From assembly GCF_004010195.1 (NCBI RefSeq), contig NC_057719.1, positions 33,102,973 through 33,153,671 of the forward strand: a stretch of 50,699 bases of DNA. Direction: 5' to 3'. The translations under genes were made by a program, and so were the position numbers. The notes under the pieces are model-generated. The model made no database searches, was not told the DNA's origin, and saw nothing but the letters and a program-made list of their open reading frames with translations. Shown one piece after another: positions 47,810 through 50,699 of the stretch. This DNA is from Chiloscyllium plagiosum. Lineage: Eukaryota. The first letter of the stretch is position 1. The number at the start of each line of letters is the position of its first letter.

Positions 47810-48520
47810 ACCAGCATGCAACATCACCAACACCATGAAAGTACAGCCTACAAAATGAGGTCTGTCCAACTAAACGATTTCAATTCCTCATCGAAGGGAA
47901 TCTATGGTAGCATGAGCTTCATTGAGTTCAATCTACAGCCATTCATGATTTCTACAAACCAAGGGATACCCATAGATGCTGAGAAACTACCATTCCTGTC
48001 TTCCTTCCCTTTCAAATCAAGGTAGGATTGGGGACTGATAGAGAATGATGGCATTTTCAGAACTGCCAAGATATGAAAGCTTCCATTTGAATAATTTGAT
48101 TACCACAGAATGGATCCATACACTCTTCAAATAGGCCATGGCAGATGTCTTGCTGTCCATCTGCAGGTGAAATGTAATGCCTCATGCTTTTAGGAAAGTC
48201 CTCCGTAAGGAAGGTCTGCATCCTTTTATTATCACTCAGTAAGACAAGCATTTCCCTCGCCAGACTAATCCCATGCTGCTCATTTTACATTGTGATCTGC
48301 AATTCACTAAGTAAATTTGACAACAATATCGTAACTTGGAAGGATTTGATATCACATAGGTAAGAACTCATCACCCTGAGTAGAGATATTGTGCTGAAAG
48401 ATTTCTGCAACACAGACTGAAGGAGGTGGAATAAATCATTGATTGTGTTCTCGCTGAAATGGAAGCTGCAATGGCAGATCTCCCCTGACATTCCCAGGAG
48501 ACCCATTGTAGTAAGGGCAA
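47810..48520 (-). pseudogene. Decayed PIF/Harbinger (HARBI1-like) transposase
   Basis: Ordered minus-strand remnants: MSGEICHCSFHFSENTINDLFHLLQSVLQ; YLGSSENAIILYQSPILP*FE..W*FLSIYGYPL (cf. YPGSSHDAFIL..S...WLLGDKGYPL); LNEAHAT (cf. YNEAH); CCML (cf. CCMLHN). Multiple stops and frameshifts. Confidence 0.75.
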
Positions 48521-49329
48521 GTATATGCATAACATCTCAAGTGTAAACAAATATATCTCTTTTGTCTCCTCTTCCGTATCCAAATCTAACAAGGTCAGTT
48601 GAATCCTCAATGGGATCTGTGCTGAGCCTATTTGGCTGCTGTAAGTAAAAGAGCAGCCAAGAGCAAGGCTGCTATTTGAAAGAAAAGGTGGAGAAGAAAA
48701 TACTGAAATACAAGAAGTAAACCCTAAGGAGTAAGAGCAATGAAAGCAATGATCTCAAAACAGAGAAAGGAAACCAATTATTTCTTCTGCTATTTAACTC
48801 AGGCTTCTTGAAAGCTGGGAAACTATTGGATTTAAATATTCACAGCATAGTGAATCAGGCAAGGTCCTGCTTGTCAGTCTCCCACAATATGTAAGGAGGC
48901 TCCCAGAACAAATTACAAGATTGGCTCAAGTAAAGATGGCTTTAGGACATCAGCAATTGTACATTTATGAGGTTTAAACAAAGCAAAAGAAAAAATTCTC
49001 ACTGAAATCTGCTCTGTACTTTCTATTTCTTGGAATGGATTTTACAACGTAAGGCAAATTAAAAATTGAGAAGGATCCCTGATTGCAGGTTCCTAATCAT
49101 GCTGTGCTTAATGAATATGAATGATGGTTAATCGAGCAAACATTTTCATACAGAAAGCAGAAGTAAATGTTTGCCAGTTTTCATGAGCTGTTTTCCTTTT
49201 AACCAGATATATGTCTATCATAACTTCATGCATGGTCTATAAGGGGATCCTTGGACCTAACTTGACAGCGACTGAATGATCATATTTTGCAGTTTGTCTT
49301 TTTGGTTATAGATTTTTTTTATTGCTTTG

Positions 49330-49630
49330 TTTTGTTCTTTCATGTAATGTAGGTATCACTGGCAAGGCCACCATCTTGACTGCTATAAAACTAAGTGACA
49401 GAGGGGGGTTGAGTCAATGACATTGCTTCAGGTTCAGAATCACTTGTAGGGCAGACTTTCTTCCCAAAAGAAGATTAGTGAAACAGATTTATTGTTAATA
49501 ATGTGGTTACCATCATTAGACTAGCGTAATATTCGAAATGTATTAACTGAATCTTAATGGTGGGATGTGAACCCATATCCCCAAAGTATTTGCCTGCACA
49601 AATCTAGTGGTGGTATCACTCCTCCAACTC
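49330..49630 (-). mobile_element. SINE of the 25385 family, diverged
   Basis: tcactggcaaggcca (revcomp tail), ttcttcccaaaagaagattagtgaaacagat (revcomp central domain), gggatgtgaaccca. Confidence 0.6.
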
Positions 49631-50179
49631 TCCCAAATGTTTTTGGCTGCATCCATATTGTATATAACAAAGAGCACGAGATCTGAGTTATGATGCTGTT
49701 CAGAGGGTCGGTGTAGGCTCGAAGGGCTGAACAGCGTCTATCCACACTGTCAGGGTTCTATGACTGTGGGATGTTGGGCGAGGTGATCCCTGTCAAGGAT
49801 TAGGAGAGTTAACCATGGGAATTTGGGATGGGGGAGTGATCATTATCAGGAGTCAGGGATCTATGAGAAATGCAAAGTTCACTCCTCATGCAAGAAATTA
49901 GGGGATTCCTACTCCTCAGAAAATCCAGACCATCATTATTTTAAAAATGCCCACATATCTCACTGTGTTTTCTGTAGTCAGACATCTGTGACCATGATAG
50001 CTCTATCTCAGCTTGCTAACACCAGGCCTTGACCTAGCCAAGCTACACATCTCTCATATCTGCCATGATAACAGAAGTCCTGGGAACATTGACAGAGACA
50101 AGAAGGAGACAGGACTTAGATGGAAAGGTAAGTACAATGTATTTTCTGTAGCTTTTTTAAAGATATGATACAGAATGAT

Positions 50180-50505
50180 AGAATTTTAGAATTTTAGAGT
50201 ATAGAAGGAGGCCATTCAATCCATTATTTCTGCACCGGCTTCCAAAAGAGCAACCCATCTCATCCCATTCTCCTGTCCTATCCCTATGGCCCGCTAACTT
50301 CATCAATTTCAAATACATATCCAACTCTTTTTAGAAACCTCTTATGGAATCTGTCTCCACTACTCTCCCAGGCTGCGCATTCCAAATCCTAACAAATTCC
50401 TAAGAAGTTGCTCTTCATCTCACTCCTAGCTCTCTTGCTGACAACCTTGAAATTCTGACCCCCTAGTTCCTAACATACCAACTAATGGAAATAGAATATC
50501 CTTTA
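50180..50505 (-). mobile_element. CR1 LINE 3' end, family of 23760-24230
   Basis: tcctagctctcttgctgac..ttgaaa shared with 24000-24030; (agaatttt)n tail at about 50180. Confidence 0.75.
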
Positions 50506-50509
50506 CAAG

Positions 50510-50699
50510 TACTGTCGGAAGTGACAGTGCTTCTGTTGAATAAAGGGAACTATGGAGCTATGAGGGAGGAGCTGGCCAAAGTTCAATGGTGCAATACCTT
50601 AGCAGGGATGACCGTGGAGGAACAATGGCAGATATTTCTGTGTATAATGCAGAAGTTGCAGGATCAGTTCATTCCTAAAAAGAAGAAAGATCCCAGGAG
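50510..50699 (+). mobile_element. 5'-truncated CR1 ORF2 (post-endonuclease linker); continues beyond the window
   Basis: Open frame EVTVLLLNKGNYGAMREELAKVQWCNTLAGMTVEEQWQIFLCIMQKLQDQFIPKKKK. Confidence 0.85.

Noticed and set aside
47657..48025. 122-aa plus-strand ORF
   Set aside because: Antisense to the decayed Harbinger transposase, with no independent support.

Overview
Vertebrate genomic DNA that is AT-rich, CpG-depleted and dominated by transposable elements. The repeat set (HE1-type V-SINEs sharing a 3' tail with CR1/HER1-type LINEs, Deu-domain SINEs, several Penelope-like families) points to an elasmobranch (shark), which is an inference. No host protein-coding gene can be supported. 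Almost every listed ORF is either a TE fragment (CR1 ORF1/ORF2, Penelope RT/GIY-YIG, Gypsy integrase, decayed Harbinger transposase) or a chance ORF. The most notable signal is a dense set of Penelope-like element (PLE) termini from at least four families carrying minimal hammerhead-ribozyme cores (CTGANGA-stem II-GAAACGTC), five of them intact or nearly so. Several occur as short stand-alone or fold-back inserts with 12-15 bp TSDs, and their 5' boundary repeatedly falls 0-5 nt upstream of the ribozyme core. Other features include a Tigger-like element, a fold-back MITE, CR1 copies with ORF1 fused to a truncated ORF2, long (72 and 78 bp) insertion-flanking duplications, and a probable assembly false duplication around a 500-N gap. 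TE boundaries were read by eye and are approximate unless TSDs or TIRs are given. No database searches were run.
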